A stretch of 64,000 bases of DNA. Origin: Macrostomum lignano. Its lineage: Eukaryota. The translations under genes and the position numbers were made by a program. The stretch is taken from the NCBI GenBank assembly GCA_002269645.1, contig NIVC01000755.1, forward strand, positions 304,985-368,984, given 5' to 3'. Of this stretch, positions 37,901-50,988 are shown piece by piece (position 1 is the stretch's first letter; every line of letters starts with the position of its first letter). Under the pieces are notes generated by a model that had not been told where the DNA came from, made no database searches, and worked only from the letters and a program-made list of their open reading frames with translations.

Positions 37901-38246
37901 GCTTATAGTTACTATTATTACATATTGCTTTGCAGACCTCTTTGCTTATTTAAAGTAACTATTGATATGCTAAATAATATATTAGCCATGTCAATTTATC
38001 TAGGGCTATAAAATCATTTTAAGCTTATAAAATTTTACTGCTTAATTTTATATCTAGGCAATAAGTTATATCATAATTTAAGATATTTTAGTAAAGTAGT
38101 AGAGTTGTTTTAAAGTGATAAATGGAATGACAAATACTTGTGCATTAAGATTTCTATTCTATTCATGATTTCCTTAAAATCTAGTTAAAGCCAAACGAAA
38201 AACGTCGCTCTTTCACTTCAGTGCACTGACTACTCATTAGCGAACC

Positions 38247-38657
38247 ATGTCTGCCATTAAGAAATGGTTTGAAGACAAAAAGCGCGAGAAGAAATTCTCT
38301 CGCATCGGCCCCGGCCAGCGCCTGTGCGACAGCAGCACCCAGCGGAATGCGCAGGCCGCCGCTGCTGCGGCTTCGTCCGCGTCCACTCCGCGCTTAGCGC
38401 CCTCGGCCTCCGCCGCCCGCGCCGGCGCCGCCGCTCTGGCTCGGTTGGAACGCGCCGAGGCCGAGAAGAAGGCGCCACGCCCGATCGGCGGGTTGCGGGG
38501 CAGCGGCCTGCGCACCGAGGCCGAGGTTCGCCAGGAGATTCAGCTGGAGCAGCAGGACAGGCAGCTGGCTGTGGACAAATTCTCTGAGCCGGTTGAGATC
38601 AACACGGATGCCGCGCCAGTGCTGGCCGTTAAGGGCGTCTACTTTAAGTGCCCGCTG
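38247..38657 (+). CDS. UBXN6: UBX domain-containing protein 6 (UBXD1), exon 1
   Basis: MSAIKKWFEDKKREKKFSRIGPGQRL, AAALARLE and LAVKGVYFKCPL match the UBXN6 N-terminus; donor CTG|GTTGGT, phase 0. Confidence 0.88.
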
Positions 38658-38723
38658 GTTGGTGGCTCGCTGGCTTGTTGCGGGGCGGCTTCTGGGTTAC
38701 TATTTGGGTTGCTCTAATTCAGT

Positions 38724-39687
38724 ACTAGAGAAATCCCCGCTCAGCTATGGGGATTCCCAATCCATAACTAGTAGGGAAATCCCCGCTCAGCTATGGGGAT
38801 TCCCAATCCATAACTAGTAGGGAAATCCCCGCTCAGCTATGGGGATTCCCAATCCATAACTAGTAGGGAAATCCCCGCTCAGCTATGGGGATTCCCAATC
38901 CATAACTAGTAGGGAAATCCCCGCTCAGCTATGGGGATTCCCAATCCGAAACTAGTAGGAAAATCCCCGCTCAGCTATGGGGATTCCCAATCCATAACTA
39001 GTAGGGAAATCCCCGCTCAGCTATGGAGATTCCCAATCCATAACTAGTAGGGAAATCCCCGCTCAGCTATGGGGATTCCCAATCCATAACTGGTAGGGAA
39101 ATCCCCGCTCAGCTATGGGGATTCCCAATCCATAACTAGTAGGGAAATCCCCGCTCAGCAATGGGGATTTACAATCCATAACTGGTAGGGAAATCCCCGC
39201 TCAGCTATGGGGATTCCCAATCCATAACTAGTAGGGAAATCCCCGCTCAGCTATGGGGATTCCCAATCCATAACTAGTAGGGAAATCCCCGCTCAGCTAT
39301 GGGGATTCCCAATCCGAAACTAGTAGGAAAATCCCCGCTCAGCTATGGGGATTCCCAATCCATAACTAGTAGGAAAATCCCCGCTCAGCTATGGGGATTC
39401 CCAATCCATAACTAGTAGGGAAATCCCCGCTCAGCTATGGGGATTCCCAATCCATAACTGGTAGGGAAATCCCCGCTCAGCTATGGGGATTCCCAATCCA
39501 TAACTAGTAGGGAAATCCCCGCTCAGCAATGGGGATTTACAATCCATAACTGGTAGGGAAATCCCCGCTCAGCTATGGGGATTCCCAATCCATAACTAGT
39601 AGGGAAATCCCCGCTCAGCAATGGGGATTTACAATTCATAACTAACAGGGAAATCCCCACTCAGCAATGGGGATTCTCAATCCATAA
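38724..39687. repeat. 46-bp minisatellite with an internal inverted repeat (ACTAGTAGGGAAATCCCCGCTCAGCTATGGGGATTCCCAATCCATA), ~21 copies, UBXN6 intron 1
   Basis: Direct reading. Confidence 0.96.
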
Positions 39688-40042
39688 TGCGCTGTCAGAG
39701 ATGAAGGTTTCCCTTCAGAAACAATGACCCCGACAATAAACCCTTGCTGCCCCCTGTTGTGGCGCGAGTTCTAAGTACGAGTATGGACTATTGAGTACTT
39801 CAGTCGTATCCTATTTATTTTTCAATGTATTCAATATTGTATTCAATTCTCGATCAACTCAAAGCATTGCGTAACATTTAATTCAAGCCAATCTGCCAAG
39901 TGTATACACTCAACGTGCATGCTCATTTACCAATATTAATAAAAAGCAGCGGAGTCAGTCGAGACTCCACGATTCTTATTCGCAATTCTCAGTCGCATAA
40001 AAAACCCACGCGTTCAATACACAACAACCCCACTCACTCCAG

Positions 40043-40497
40043 GTGAGTCCGGAGTCGCTGTCCTGGGAGGAGTGGAAGCCGAAGATCCGGCAGTTCCTGG
40101 CCGAGCAGATGGGTCAGGACTCGGCCCTGTGCGCGGCTGTGGCCATCCGGACGCTGAACCCGGCCGACCGGGCTGAGGAGTGCGCCCAGACAATCGCCAA
40201 GTACGTCAACAATGTGCTGGCCAACCCGGGCGAGGAGAAGTACAGGCGAATCCGCCTCGGCAACGCGGTCTTCCAACAGCGCGTCCACCCCGCCTGCGAG
40301 TCTGCGCTCGACTTCCTGCTGGCCTGCGGCTTCCAGCGCCAGGCGGGCGACTCTGGCGAGGACTTCCTCGTCCTGCCGCCCGAGGCCGACTTGGAAGCCC
40401 TGGCCGCGGCGCTCGAGTGCCTGCAGACCGCCGAGGGCATCGAGCCGCTGCTGGACCGCTGCACCTCCCTGCTGGAGATCTCGCCCGGAAGTGCCGC
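40043..40497 (+). CDS. UBXN6: UBXN6 exon 2 (PUB domain)
   Basis: ctccag| acceptor; TIAKYVNNVLANPGEEKYRRIRLGNAVFQQRV PUB signature; GC|GTAAGA donor, phase 2. Confidence 0.92.
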
Positions 40498-40514
40498 GTA
40501 AGAGCCCGCAAATC

Positions 40515-40910
40515 TGTCTGACCTTCACTCCCTCCTGATCCTTCTGACCTTCACTCCCTCCTGATCCTTCTGACCTTCACTCCCTCCTGATCCTTCTGAC
40601 CTTCACTCCCTCCTGATCCTTCTGACCTTCACCGATCTCCCTTTTGATCCTTCTGACCATCACCGATCTCCCTTTTGATCCTTCTGACCTTCACCGATCT
40701 CCCTTTTGATCCTTCTGACCATCACCGATCTCCCTTCTGATCCTTCTGACCTTCACCGATCTCCCTTCTGATCCTTCTGACCTTCACCGATCTCCCTTCT
40801 GATCCTTCTGACCTTCACCGATCTCCCTTCTGATACTTCTAACTTTCACCGATCTCCCTTCTGATCCTTCTGACCTTCACCGATCTCCCTTCTGATCCTT
40901 CTGACCTTCA
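40515..40910. repeat. 26-31-bp pyrimidine-rich minisatellite (TGATCCTTCTGACCTTCAC...)
   Basis: Direct reading. Confidence 0.9.
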
Positions 40911-42169
40911 ATCTCCCTCATATCCCGATTTATCTCTATTTCCTCTCAGATCCTCATTCATATCTAATCTCTTTCAGATCCCATTCATATCTAATCTCCC
41001 TCAGATCCCCATTCATATCTAATCTCTCTCAGATCCCCGTTTTTCTCTAATCTCCCTCAGGTTGCCGTCTATAGTTCCCTCTGGTCTCCTCTGCCCCATT
41101 TGCTCTCCCTCTCTGGGCCTTAGTTAACGTGACTCCACTTAGTTACTACGAGTATATCCATTTCCCGCTTCCCTGTTTGGTCTAGTAAATCAGAAACTTT
41201 TTCCATATAACTACTTTAAGTAGCAAAGAGTTTCACACATTTGTATAGATAGTTTATTGTGCATGCATTATACCGGCTTCCCCGGTTAATTTGATTTTTG
41301 CTCAACCGGGCGAGCCAAGGCTGGATGTCGCCCTGCTTCTATTGCCAAATTTGTCGCTGGATACATTCGATTTTGCCCGAGTCGTGCTTCGATTTCTAAA
41401 CGGCTATTATCGTGCTTGCGTGGGCGGCCCGGGTTCTTTCCTATTTGATCCCCAGGTCGTGATTCGTTAAAATCCCGCCCGTCCTCATTTTGGCGTTCCG
41501 TCTGGCTTTTTCGCCTGTCGCTCCCGTGAATTCGAAAATGTCGAGTAGAGGCGCGTATTCACACTGGGAATATTTTTGGCTTGGAATTATAAATATCCCC
41601 TTTTTGTAGGCGTATTTTAAGCTTTTCGCTTCACCGTGACTGTCATCAGTGTTATGATTAATATGTTTTGTTTTGTTTTGAATAGCATGGGTGCCGAACT
41701 ACTCGTATAAGATTTTTTCATTAATTTTGGCATTGGCCGGGATTAGCGAGATTATTGCAAACCCTGATATTCCTTCGTTTGCTGATTTTGACTCCGAATG
41801 CTTATTATTATTGATAAATCCGGCATGGCTGCCGCGTGGAACAGTTCCCAGTTTCACCGCGTCACAGAAAGCAGGCGGGGATCTTCAAGTGCCCCGCTTT
41901 ATGGTGCTGCAATGCCTACCGAATTTACGAGCGCTTTGATGATTTTGCCTGTTTGGTGACATTTAATATGACTGAGTGAGTGAGTGAGTCCGATGCTCTG
42001 CAGATCAGCTGCTCCTGTTGCAACTCGAACACTTGCACACTTGGATTGAAATCCTAAGCGACATCAAAACGTCATTAGGAATCCATGCTCGAATGTTGTC
42101 ATTTCTCTGGTTTAACCATCCGGCTCTCCATGCCGCACGAAAAGGGGCTTTCAATGTGTCAAATAGGCT

Positions 42170-43020
42170 TTCAAGGGTCGGAATGGATCTTTTAGGGGGT
42201 CAGAATGGCTCTTTTAGGGGGTCAGAATGGCCTTTAAGGGGTCAGAATGGGTCTTTAAAGGGGTCAGAATGGGTCTTTAAAGGGGTCAGAATGGCCTTTA
42301 AGGGGTCAGAATGGCCTTTAATGGGTCAGAATGGGTCTTTGAAGGGGTCAGAATGGGTCTTTGAAGGGGTCAGAATGGCCTTTAAGGGGTCAGAATGGCC
42401 TTTAATGGGTCAGAATGGGTCTTTGAAGGGGTCAGAATGGGTCTTTAAAGGGGTCAGAATGGGTCTTTAAAGGGGTCAGAATGGGTCTCTGAAGGGGTCA
42501 GAATGGGTCTTTAAAGGGGTCAGAATCGGTCTTTAAAGGGTCAGAATGACCTTTAATGGTTTAGAATGAACTTTAATGGGTCAGAATGGCCTTTAAGGAG
42601 TCAGAATGGGTTTTTGAAGGGGTCAGAATGGGTCTTTGAAGGGGTCAGAATGGGTCTTTGAAGGGGTCAGAATGGGTCTTTGAAGGGGTCAGAATGGGTC
42701 TTTGAAGGGGTCAGAATGGGTCTTTGAAGGGGTCAGAATGGGTCTTTAAAGGGTCAGAATGACCTTTAATGGTTCAGAATGAACTTTAATGGGTCAGAAT
42801 GGCCTTTAGGGGGTCAGAATGGCCTTTAAGGAGTCAGAATGGCCTTTAAGGGGTCAGAATGGGTCTTTGGGTCAGAATGGGTCTTTGAAGGGGTCAGAAT
42901 GGGTCTTTGAAGGAGTCAGAATGGGTCAAAATGACCTCTAATGATTCAGAATGACCTTTAATGGTTCAGAATAACCTTTAATGGGTCAGAATGACCTTTA
43001 AGCGGTCAGAATGGTCTTTA
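42170..43020. repeat. ~21-bp minisatellite (AAGGGGTCAGAATGGGTCTTT)
   Basis: Direct reading. Confidence 0.92.
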
Positions 43021-43144
43021 AGGGGCCAAAATAACTCAAGGTTTCAAGTAGGCATCAATGTGAAAAATCGTGTTGCGGCGATCTCTGTAGTCATTGCCAG
43101 GGGCTTCATGCAAAAGTTTTAACAGTTGCTGATTTCAATTCCAG

Positions 43145-43628
43145 CTCAGTCGCTAACCGAGTCGCCCTGCCCGAGGATTTCTATTCACTGACGCCCGAGG
43201 AGCTCGAACTGGAGCGGCTCCGCTTGCGCCAGGCCGCCGAGTCCGAGGAGATGCTGCGGACGCGCCAAATGCGCGAGTGCGAGCGCCAGCGGGAGACCCG
43301 GCGCTACCGGTTCTGCCTGGTCCGCGTGCGCCTGCCCGGCGGCCGCCTCATCCTGCAGGCCACCTTCGCCGCCACGGAGCAGCTGGCCGACATTTACAGC
43401 TGGCTACGCGACGAATGCCTGGAAGCTTCGGCTGCCACTGCCTTCCGATTGGTGTCGCCGGACAAGCGGCGTCTGGACGAAGCCGACGGGCGCACCCTGG
43501 CGGAGCTGGGGCTCTGTCCGGCCGCTGTGCTGGCGCTGGCCGTCAGCGCCGACGATGGGGCGGCGGCGGCTGGGTCGGCCTCCCGGCTGCGGCCTGCGCT
43601 GGCCGCTCTTGTCCAGCCGCTGGTCTGA
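43145..43628 (+). CDS. UBXN6: UBXN6 exon 3 (UBX domain); full protein ~449 aa
   Basis: ttccag| acceptor in phase 2; LPEDFYSLTPEEL...MLRTRQMRE...RYRFCLVRVRLPGGRLILQATF...ELGLCPAA; TGA at 43626-43628. Confidence 0.92.
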
Positions 43629-43849
43629 GGGCCGCCGCCCCCCTTGACTTGTTGGTTTAAAATATGCATGACAACCATCTGTATTCATTCCGCTTGCCCT
43701 TCTCTGTGACTGGCGCTTTGTATTTTGATGGGGGTCTGGCATACGCGCGCACCGACAGCTCCTCAGTTCTGGCAAAACCGCGCAACAGCAAAAGAGTTTG
43801 TCAAAGTTTACCACTTGGCGCTCACATTTGCCTGCCCCCTTCAACCCAG

Positions 43850-44205
43850 ACTCCGTCATGCTGTGCTCAGTCAGTCTTATCCCGCCAGTCTCCTTCCCCT
43901 CAGACTCGCCATCATGCTGTGCTCAGTCAGTCTCAGCCCGCCAGTCTCCCTCCCCTCAGACTCACCATCATGCTGTGCTCAGTCAGTCTCAGCCCGCCAG
44001 TCTCCCTCCCCTCAGACTCACCATCATGCTGTGCTCAGTCAGTCTCAGCCCGCCAGTCTCCCTCCCCTCAGACTCACCATCATGCTGTGCTCAGTCAGTC
44101 TCAGCCCGCCAGTCTCCTTCCCCTCAGACTCCATCATGCTGTGTTCAGTCAGTCTCAGCCCGCCAGTCTCCTTCCCCTCAGACTCCATCATGCTGTGCTC
44201 AGTCA
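43850..44205. repeat. 56-bp minisatellite (CATCATGCTGTGCTCAGTCAGTCTCAGCCCGCCAGTCTCCCTCCCCTCAGACTCAC), ~6 copies
   Basis: Direct reading. Confidence 0.9.
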
Positions 44206-45344
44206 GTCACTCAGTTAGCCAATCGTTAAGTAGCCACTCTGACCGCCTTACTCTGAGCACCTCTGAGCACTTTTTCCTGGCAGCTTTTTGTGCAACAGTC
44301 GTGTGAGTAAATGGATAATGCAATGGTCGGTTTCGGTTGATCAAAGCAAAGTACAATGGGCCAAGGCAAAGTGCACACTCGCGGCTCATTTACAGGCCAT
44401 CGTAATTAGCGAGACAGGCATGAGTTGCGGTCAGGGGGTGCTGCAATCGATGGTAGCTAGCTGGCCTCAAGTAAGAGGCATCTGACTGCGCGCCTAATAT
44501 ACGCCTCGTACTCGTAAATGTATGGGTATGCAGTACATGTATCATAATTCATTATTCAGAGTTTAAGGCCCTAGTTATAATAGAAAGCAAAAATTTTCAA
44601 GTCAAAAAACCTGTTATTGGCTCTGTATTATACTTATCTAATTTCATTTATTTCTTTATTATTCCATTTATTATTTCAATGAATTTGCTAATTGAAAATT
44701 ATTTTTAATGAAGCCGTAACTATCAGGATGCTTGCTAAGTTGTGGCTCTGGGTAAGTTCCAGGCATTTGCTGAAGTGGGATTGGCAAAAAGAAGTCGTGC
44801 AAATCTTTCAAATTTTTAATTATTTCTGCCTCTCGCTTTCAAGCCAGTCTTTTTTAACTCTAATTGCATGCACCTGTTCGCGCTCCTCTGAGTCTCTCCT
44901 TTTCCCCGGGCTTGGGGATCAGTGACCTTTCTGTTTAATTAGTAAATTATTTTTTGCATTGCTGCACTGGTTCTCTGAATACTATATTATTAATGCTTTG
45001 TATGTTTTTGAAGAGTGACCTTTTTTGTCCACTTAAGGGCGCTGCCGCCCTGTGCACTTAGTAAAACAATAAATAAGTTTTAATATTTTGACATTTTCTC
45101 GTATTTGAATTCATATTTTGAGTATTATATTTTGAGTATAAAAATTTTAGTATGTAGGAAGTATGCTGGTATTTGTACACTGACAGAAATGCAATGGCGA
45201 TCACTTTCCTTATTTAATTTGCTCGGAACTTTTATTGCCCCTGTGTAATGAAGCTATTTTGTTGTACATGTACAAATATATTAATTACCCAATGTACTGC
45301 AATTCTCTGCGAGTTATTCTTGTTCATTTTCTCTATTGCGTGAG

Positions 45345-46735
45345 GTTGGCTCACTGAAGAATCTGGGGGTTTGGGTGAGGGGTTCAGTCTGGCTCACTGA
45401 AGAATCTGGGGTTTGGGTGAGGGGTTCAGTCTGGCTCACTGAAGAATTGGGGGTTTGGGTGAGGGGTTCAGACTGGCTCACTGAAGAATCGGGGGGTTTG
45501 GGTGAGGGGTTCAGACTGGCTCACTAAAGAATCTGGGGTTTGGGTAAGGGTTTCAGTCTGGCTCACTGAAGAATCTGGGGTTTGGGTGAGGGGTTCAGTC
45601 TGGCTCACTGAAGAATCTGGGGTTTGGGTGAGGGGTTCAGTTTGGCTCACTGAAGAATCGGGGGTTTGGGTGAGGGGTTCAGACTGGCTCACTAAAGAAT
45701 CTGGGGTTTGGGTAAGGGTTTCAGTCTGGCTCACTGAAGAATCTGGGGTTTGGGTGAGGGGTTCAGACTGGCTCACTGAAGAATCTGGGGTTTGGGTGAG
45801 GGGTTCAGTCTGGCTCACTGAAGAATCGGGGGTTTGGGTGAGGGGTTCAGACTGGCTCACTAAAGAATCTGGGGTTTGGGTAAGGGTTTCAGTCTGGCTC
45901 ACTGAAGAATCTGGGGTTTGGGTGAGGGGTTCAGTCTGGCTCACTGAAGAATCTGGGGTTTGGGTGAGGGGTTCAGTCTGGCTCACTGAAGAATCGGGGG
46001 TTTGGGTGAGGGGTTCAGTCTGGCTCACTGAAGAATCTGGGGTTTGGGTGAGGGGTTCAGACTGGCTCACTGAAGAATCTGGGGGTTTGGGTGAGGGGTT
46101 CAGTCTGGCTCACTGAAGAATCTGGGGTTTGGGTGAGGGGTTCAGACTGGCTCACTGAAGAATCTGGGGTTTGGGTGAGGGGTTCAGTTTGGCTCACTGA
46201 AGAATCTGGGGGTTTGGGTGAGGGGTTCAGTCTGGCTCACTGAAGAATCGGGGGGTTTGGGTGAGGGGTTCAGTCTGGCTCACTGAAGAATCTGGGGTTT
46301 GGGTGAGGGGTTCAGTCTGGCTCACTGAAGAATTGGGGGTTTGGGTGAGGGGTTCAGACTGGCTCACTGAAGAATCGGGGGGTTTGGGTGAGGGGTTCAG
46401 ACTGGCTCACTAAAGAATCTGGGGTTTGGGTAAGGGTTTCAGTCTGGCTCACTGAAGAATCCGGGGTTGGGTGAGGGGTTCAGACTGGCTCACTGAAGAA
46501 TCCGGGGTTGGGTGAGGGGTTCAGTTTGGCTCACTGAAGAATCGGGGGTTTGGGTGAGGGGTTCAGACTGGCTCACTGAAGAATCCGGGGTTGGGTGGGG
46601 GGTTCAGTCTGGCTCACTGAAGAATCCGGGGTTGGGTGGGGGGTTCAGTTTGGCTCACTGAAGAATCGGGGGTTTGGGTGAGGGGTTCAGTCTGGCTCAC
46701 TGAAGAATCGGGGGTTTGGGTAGGGGTTCAGCTCA
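45345..46735. repeat. 42-bp G-tract minisatellite (GGCTCACTGAAGAATCTGGGGTTTGGGTGAGGGGTTCAGTCT), ~33 copies
   Basis: Direct reading. Confidence 0.96.
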
Positions 46736-47074
46736 CTGGAGAATGGGGGTGAGTGAGAGGTTCAACCCACCCCAGCCCAGCGGGTGTCAGTCCATCGGCC
46801 CGTGAATTTCGCATTCGGGAAGCATTGAATTTTTTTGTTTCAACTGCTTGACAAAGCTCGCATCGGGACAGTGACAGTTTGGATTCGTCACCCTGTTTCA
46901 GTGGAGCCCTGCCTCTCCTTCGAGCTTGGCCAGTGTTGCAAAAGCATCGCTCGAATTCGCGCAGTGGCTGCGACAAAACAGCAACCTCTTAGCAGGACTG
47001 CAGCAGTGTAAGCAGATTTGATACTCGTAGTTACTCTGATGGTCTCAACCTAAGTCGGAGTGAAACGCATGCTG

Positions 47075-47265
47075 TTTAATCCTCAATGCGAGCAAACAAT
47101 GTACATAAGCCTATCCTCAATGCGAGCAAGCAATGTACATAAGCCTATCCTCAATGCGAGCAGACAATGTACATTGGCCTATCCTCAATGCGAGCAGACA
47201 ATGTACATTGGCCTATCCTCAATGCGAGCAGACAATGTACATTGGCCTATCCTCAATGCGAGCAG
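47075..47265. repeat. 34-bp minisatellite (CCTATCCTCAATGCGAGCAGACAATGTACATTGG), ~5 copies
   Basis: Direct reading. Confidence 0.88.
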
Positions 47266-49393
47266 ACATCAAATTGGCGCACCTGGCTGAGTAGCAGTTC
47301 TCAACTGGCTGCAGGCAACAATAGTCGTATCTCAAAAAATTTCTCCTGCTGAAGACGCGTGCACTTTAATTTTTGGAGGCAATGGGTACTTCTTGCATGT
47401 TTCTTTTGTCAGAGAGAGAGCCAGCTTTCTGTAACATCCAATGTTTCACGCCTTTCTCCTCCTCCCATTCTTTCTGCAGCTCCATCAGTGTCAATTCTCA
47501 CAGCCTCGCGGCTCTTCGCATTCCTATTGTTCTTCGTCGCCACTGCACTCGGCTAGGAAAGGAAGTTGTTTTGCGACTGGCGCAGTCTTGTCAGTTTGTC
47601 CTCTTGTTGGCCCTCCTCCCGGTCCTGTTATCCGAGACTGGCCACGAGTGTGAACTCTGCTTTTAAAAAAGAGGCTAAGGAGAAGAACCCGGCTCAAGAG
47701 AAGAGCCGGGTGCTGAGGGTGTGACTGAGAAGTGCGGCGTGTTCGGCCCTGTAGGCTCAAACTCATAAATTCCTTGGCTGTGCGACAGCAAAAGTCGTCG
47801 TTAATCACGAGGCGGGTGGGGCAGGACTTTCTGTCGACCTTGAATGAGGCTCTTCAGCCGCCTGGATTGCTCGAATCGGCGGTCTGTTTTCGGCCGCCCC
47901 TCCGCCTCATCATCGTCTCCCAGTCTCCCATGTCCAGTCGAAAAATCTCATCTGCCTTCTGCTCAGCGCTGAGAAGAAAGTTGCGTGCCAGCTCTCGCGT
48001 TTCTGTCCATCTACGGCCGCCGCCCCTATCTCTTCCGATGATCGGGGGACTATGTGAGCTTCATCAAGCCTTTCCCAGCTTCCTTGTCCCTTGTCTGCAG
48101 TCGCTTCATCAAAAATTCTTTCCGTCGAACTGTGTAGCGAAACTTTGCGTCGCCTACCGCCTTTCCTTCTGCCCGTGCCGCACCGCGTCCTCGCTACACT
48201 GACCGGCTTCGCGCCACTTTTCCTCGCGCTCCTCCTGCTTGGCGCCCGTGCGGAGACTCGGAGGGCGCGCATTAGCAGCGGCCCAATTGATGCTGCCAGT
48301 CTCATCAGCCAGCGTCGGCTTGACTGCAAATGTTATTTTCCTGGGAACTAGAATTGCCCCCCCCACCAGCTAGTTTCATCCTCTCTCCCCATCTGCTTTG
48401 TCCCCCGCTGCAGCGTCTCAGTCCTTTTATCATGCAAAATTCCTAAGTATCGCTCACGGGCCCATAGTTTAGTGCGGGGGTTGGCTAGCTGGCTGAATGT
48501 TTAAGAATAGAGCAAATTTTAAAGCGCTGCCCAGAAAAGTCGGGGTAGACAAGACTGCTCAAGAGGGCGAGGGCCGGAGACGGTTGATGAGGATGGAGGC
48601 ATGCAATTGCAACTGCGACTGTCGCTCGCTGTATTAAGAGAAGTTTCTTTGCCCTTCCACCCAACTTCTCTCGGGGTTCTCCTTTCCTCTCCCTTGCTCA
48701 ACCTTCCCAATCTTTTTGCTCCACGCCTGTTTCCCTTCACCCTGCTGTGTGAGCGCGCCCGCCTCTTTTCTCATTTTTCTCGGAGTTGCAGCAGACCGAT
48801 CTGGAGCAGCTACTCTTGCAATTGGCCTCCCCCCCCCACGGTACTCTCCGCGTTCGCCCATGGCGCGTCCGCATTCAATGATTGGGGGAGCCAGGGGGCA
48901 GGCCGAGGACTGCTGGGCAGCGGGCGGGCGAATGAGGCATTCTCATCTATTCTTGCCCTCCGCGTCCCCTCCCTGCCCCCCTCTAGTCCCCTTATAGAGC
49001 CAATGCGCTGAATCGTGGGAGAGCAGCGCGAAAACGGGTTAGCAGCAGCGATCGAGCGATTTCCTGTAACAGCATCAGAAGCAGCAGAAGCGTTCCCCTG
49101 AGGCTTGTCGAATCGAGTCAGCGCCAGTATTTGGTCTGTCTGTCTGCATTCCCCACTTCCCCACTTCCTGCTCTTGTACCCTCGCAGTGGCGGCAATAGC
49201 CATTTTGCGGCCGGGCCTCCTCTCACTTATTAATATTATTGTGTGCAGCCAGCGTCCATTGAGCCAGCCGCAAAGGCGGTGAAACCCGCGTGCCCCCAGC
49301 TTTGCTACTGCTGCGCCATCTAAGGTGAGCCTTGCCCGGATTTCTCTTTGCCCGATTCCTTCTGTTCCTTGCGTTTCTTGTTGCTGGCCTGTC

Positions 49394-49394
<1 letters not shown>

Positions 49395-49451
<57 letters not shown>
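49395..49451. repeat. (GTCT)n microsatellite
   Basis: Direct reading. Confidence 0.95.
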
Positions 49452-49452
<1 letters not shown>

Positions 49453-50624
49453 CGAATCCGTGCGTAGCCACATTAATCCCGAGCTTGTGCACTAAAATTG
49501 GCCGATGGTTGTCGTGCAATTCATACCGACGGCCAACTCACGAGGCACAAACAGTGCATGCATGTGTTCAGGAGTCAGCAGAATGGGCAGGATTGCCCCA
49601 CCGCTGGTTTTGGGACGACAATTTCGTCGTGGGCACCAGGCTGCTCACCGCCTCCCTCCTGCGAATATTTAATTATCTGTCTTCGACTCTTAGTATCTTA
49701 GAATCTGTCTGTCTGTGTTAATGTCAGTCTCTATCTATCTTTCGTATGCCCTGAAAAAAGTACATCAAATTAGCAGTTTTCACTCCGTACCCAGCTACTT
49801 AATCTTTAATGAGCTAATATATATTAGAAGTGCTTCAAAGGCCTTCTCTGCTCTTCCCAGTTGCTTTTTTTGCACCAAGTGAAGTCAGTAAAATTTTAGA
49901 CTGCTAGCTGGCAGCTGCAGTTTAATGGCTGAGCTGGCAGATCTTGTAACCCAATCTGTTGCCAAGCAATATTGAAAGCCTGGCACGCCTGATCGATTTC
50001 GATGAGTCAATTTTCATTGCATCCAGTTTGAGTTGCTGCTCGCTTATCCCAACAATTCCCATGCCTGGCAGCTGCTGCCACCTGCTCTCACTGCTCAGGC
50101 TGCCCCGATAGATCGATTGAAAAATCTACACCGATGAGGCGCTGGAATGCGAGCTGAGGTGTTCGGTTCCCAGCCTCTTCCCCAGTTTTCCGCTTGAAAA
50201 CAACTCTCGCCACTCGAGAAACCCATTCTCATTGCCGGCCGTCCATATCCTGTTTCTTCTTCGCAGAATCTCATTCTTCATCAGTTCTTTTTTCTGCGCG
50301 GTCTCTCGAGGTCATTGCCAGTGAATGGAGGGCTCTCTATTTTTAGAGAGCCTGGCATTGGGAGAGCTGTCGCGTGTGCTCTGTGCTGCTCTCATGAAAA
50401 ATGCAGATCTGCGCGCCAAGGCCGAAGGTCGCCGTCTGCCTGTCTGTCCTTAGCGGTGGGTCTCAAAATTCTCCCCTTCTCTCTCTCTCTCTCCCTCTCT
50501 CTGGGAGGTATTTAATTACAGAATTAGTCTGGCGGGCTCGCATTGCCGGACCTATTGGGGCTGGTTTAACAGAAGGTGATGGCGGCAGTGCTGCTGCACC
50601 TTGGGATTTGGCAGACGCGTCTGT

Positions 50625-50988
50625 GGGTTTGTGCAGCCGGTGACCCGTGTGTGCGGCACTGCCTGAGGCGGCTGTGCAGCTGGTGACCCGTGTGTGCGGC
50701 ACTGCCTGAGGCGATTGTGCAGCTGGTGACCCGTGTGCGGCACTGCCTGAGGCGATTGTGCAGCCGGTGACCCGTGTGTGCGGCACTGCCTGAGGCGATT
50801 GTGCAGCTGGTGACCCGTGTGTGCGGCACTGCCTGAGGCGGTTGTGCAGCCGGTGACCCGTGTGTGCGGCACTGCCTGAGGCGGTTGTGCAGCTGGTGAC
50901 CCGTGTGTGCGGCACTGCCTGAGGCGGTTGTGCAGCCGGTGACCCGTGTGTGCGGCACTGCCTGAGGCGGTTGTGCAGCCGGTGACCC
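50625..50988. repeat. 43-bp minisatellite (GTGCAGCCGGTGACCCGTGTGTGCGGCACTGCCTGAGGCGGTT), ~8 copies
   Basis: Direct reading. Confidence 0.92.

Noticed and set aside
46730-50600. Overlapping ORFs possibly from a retroelement or gene fragment
   Set aside because: No RT, endonuclease, gag or other motif recognised; cannot be supported without a database search
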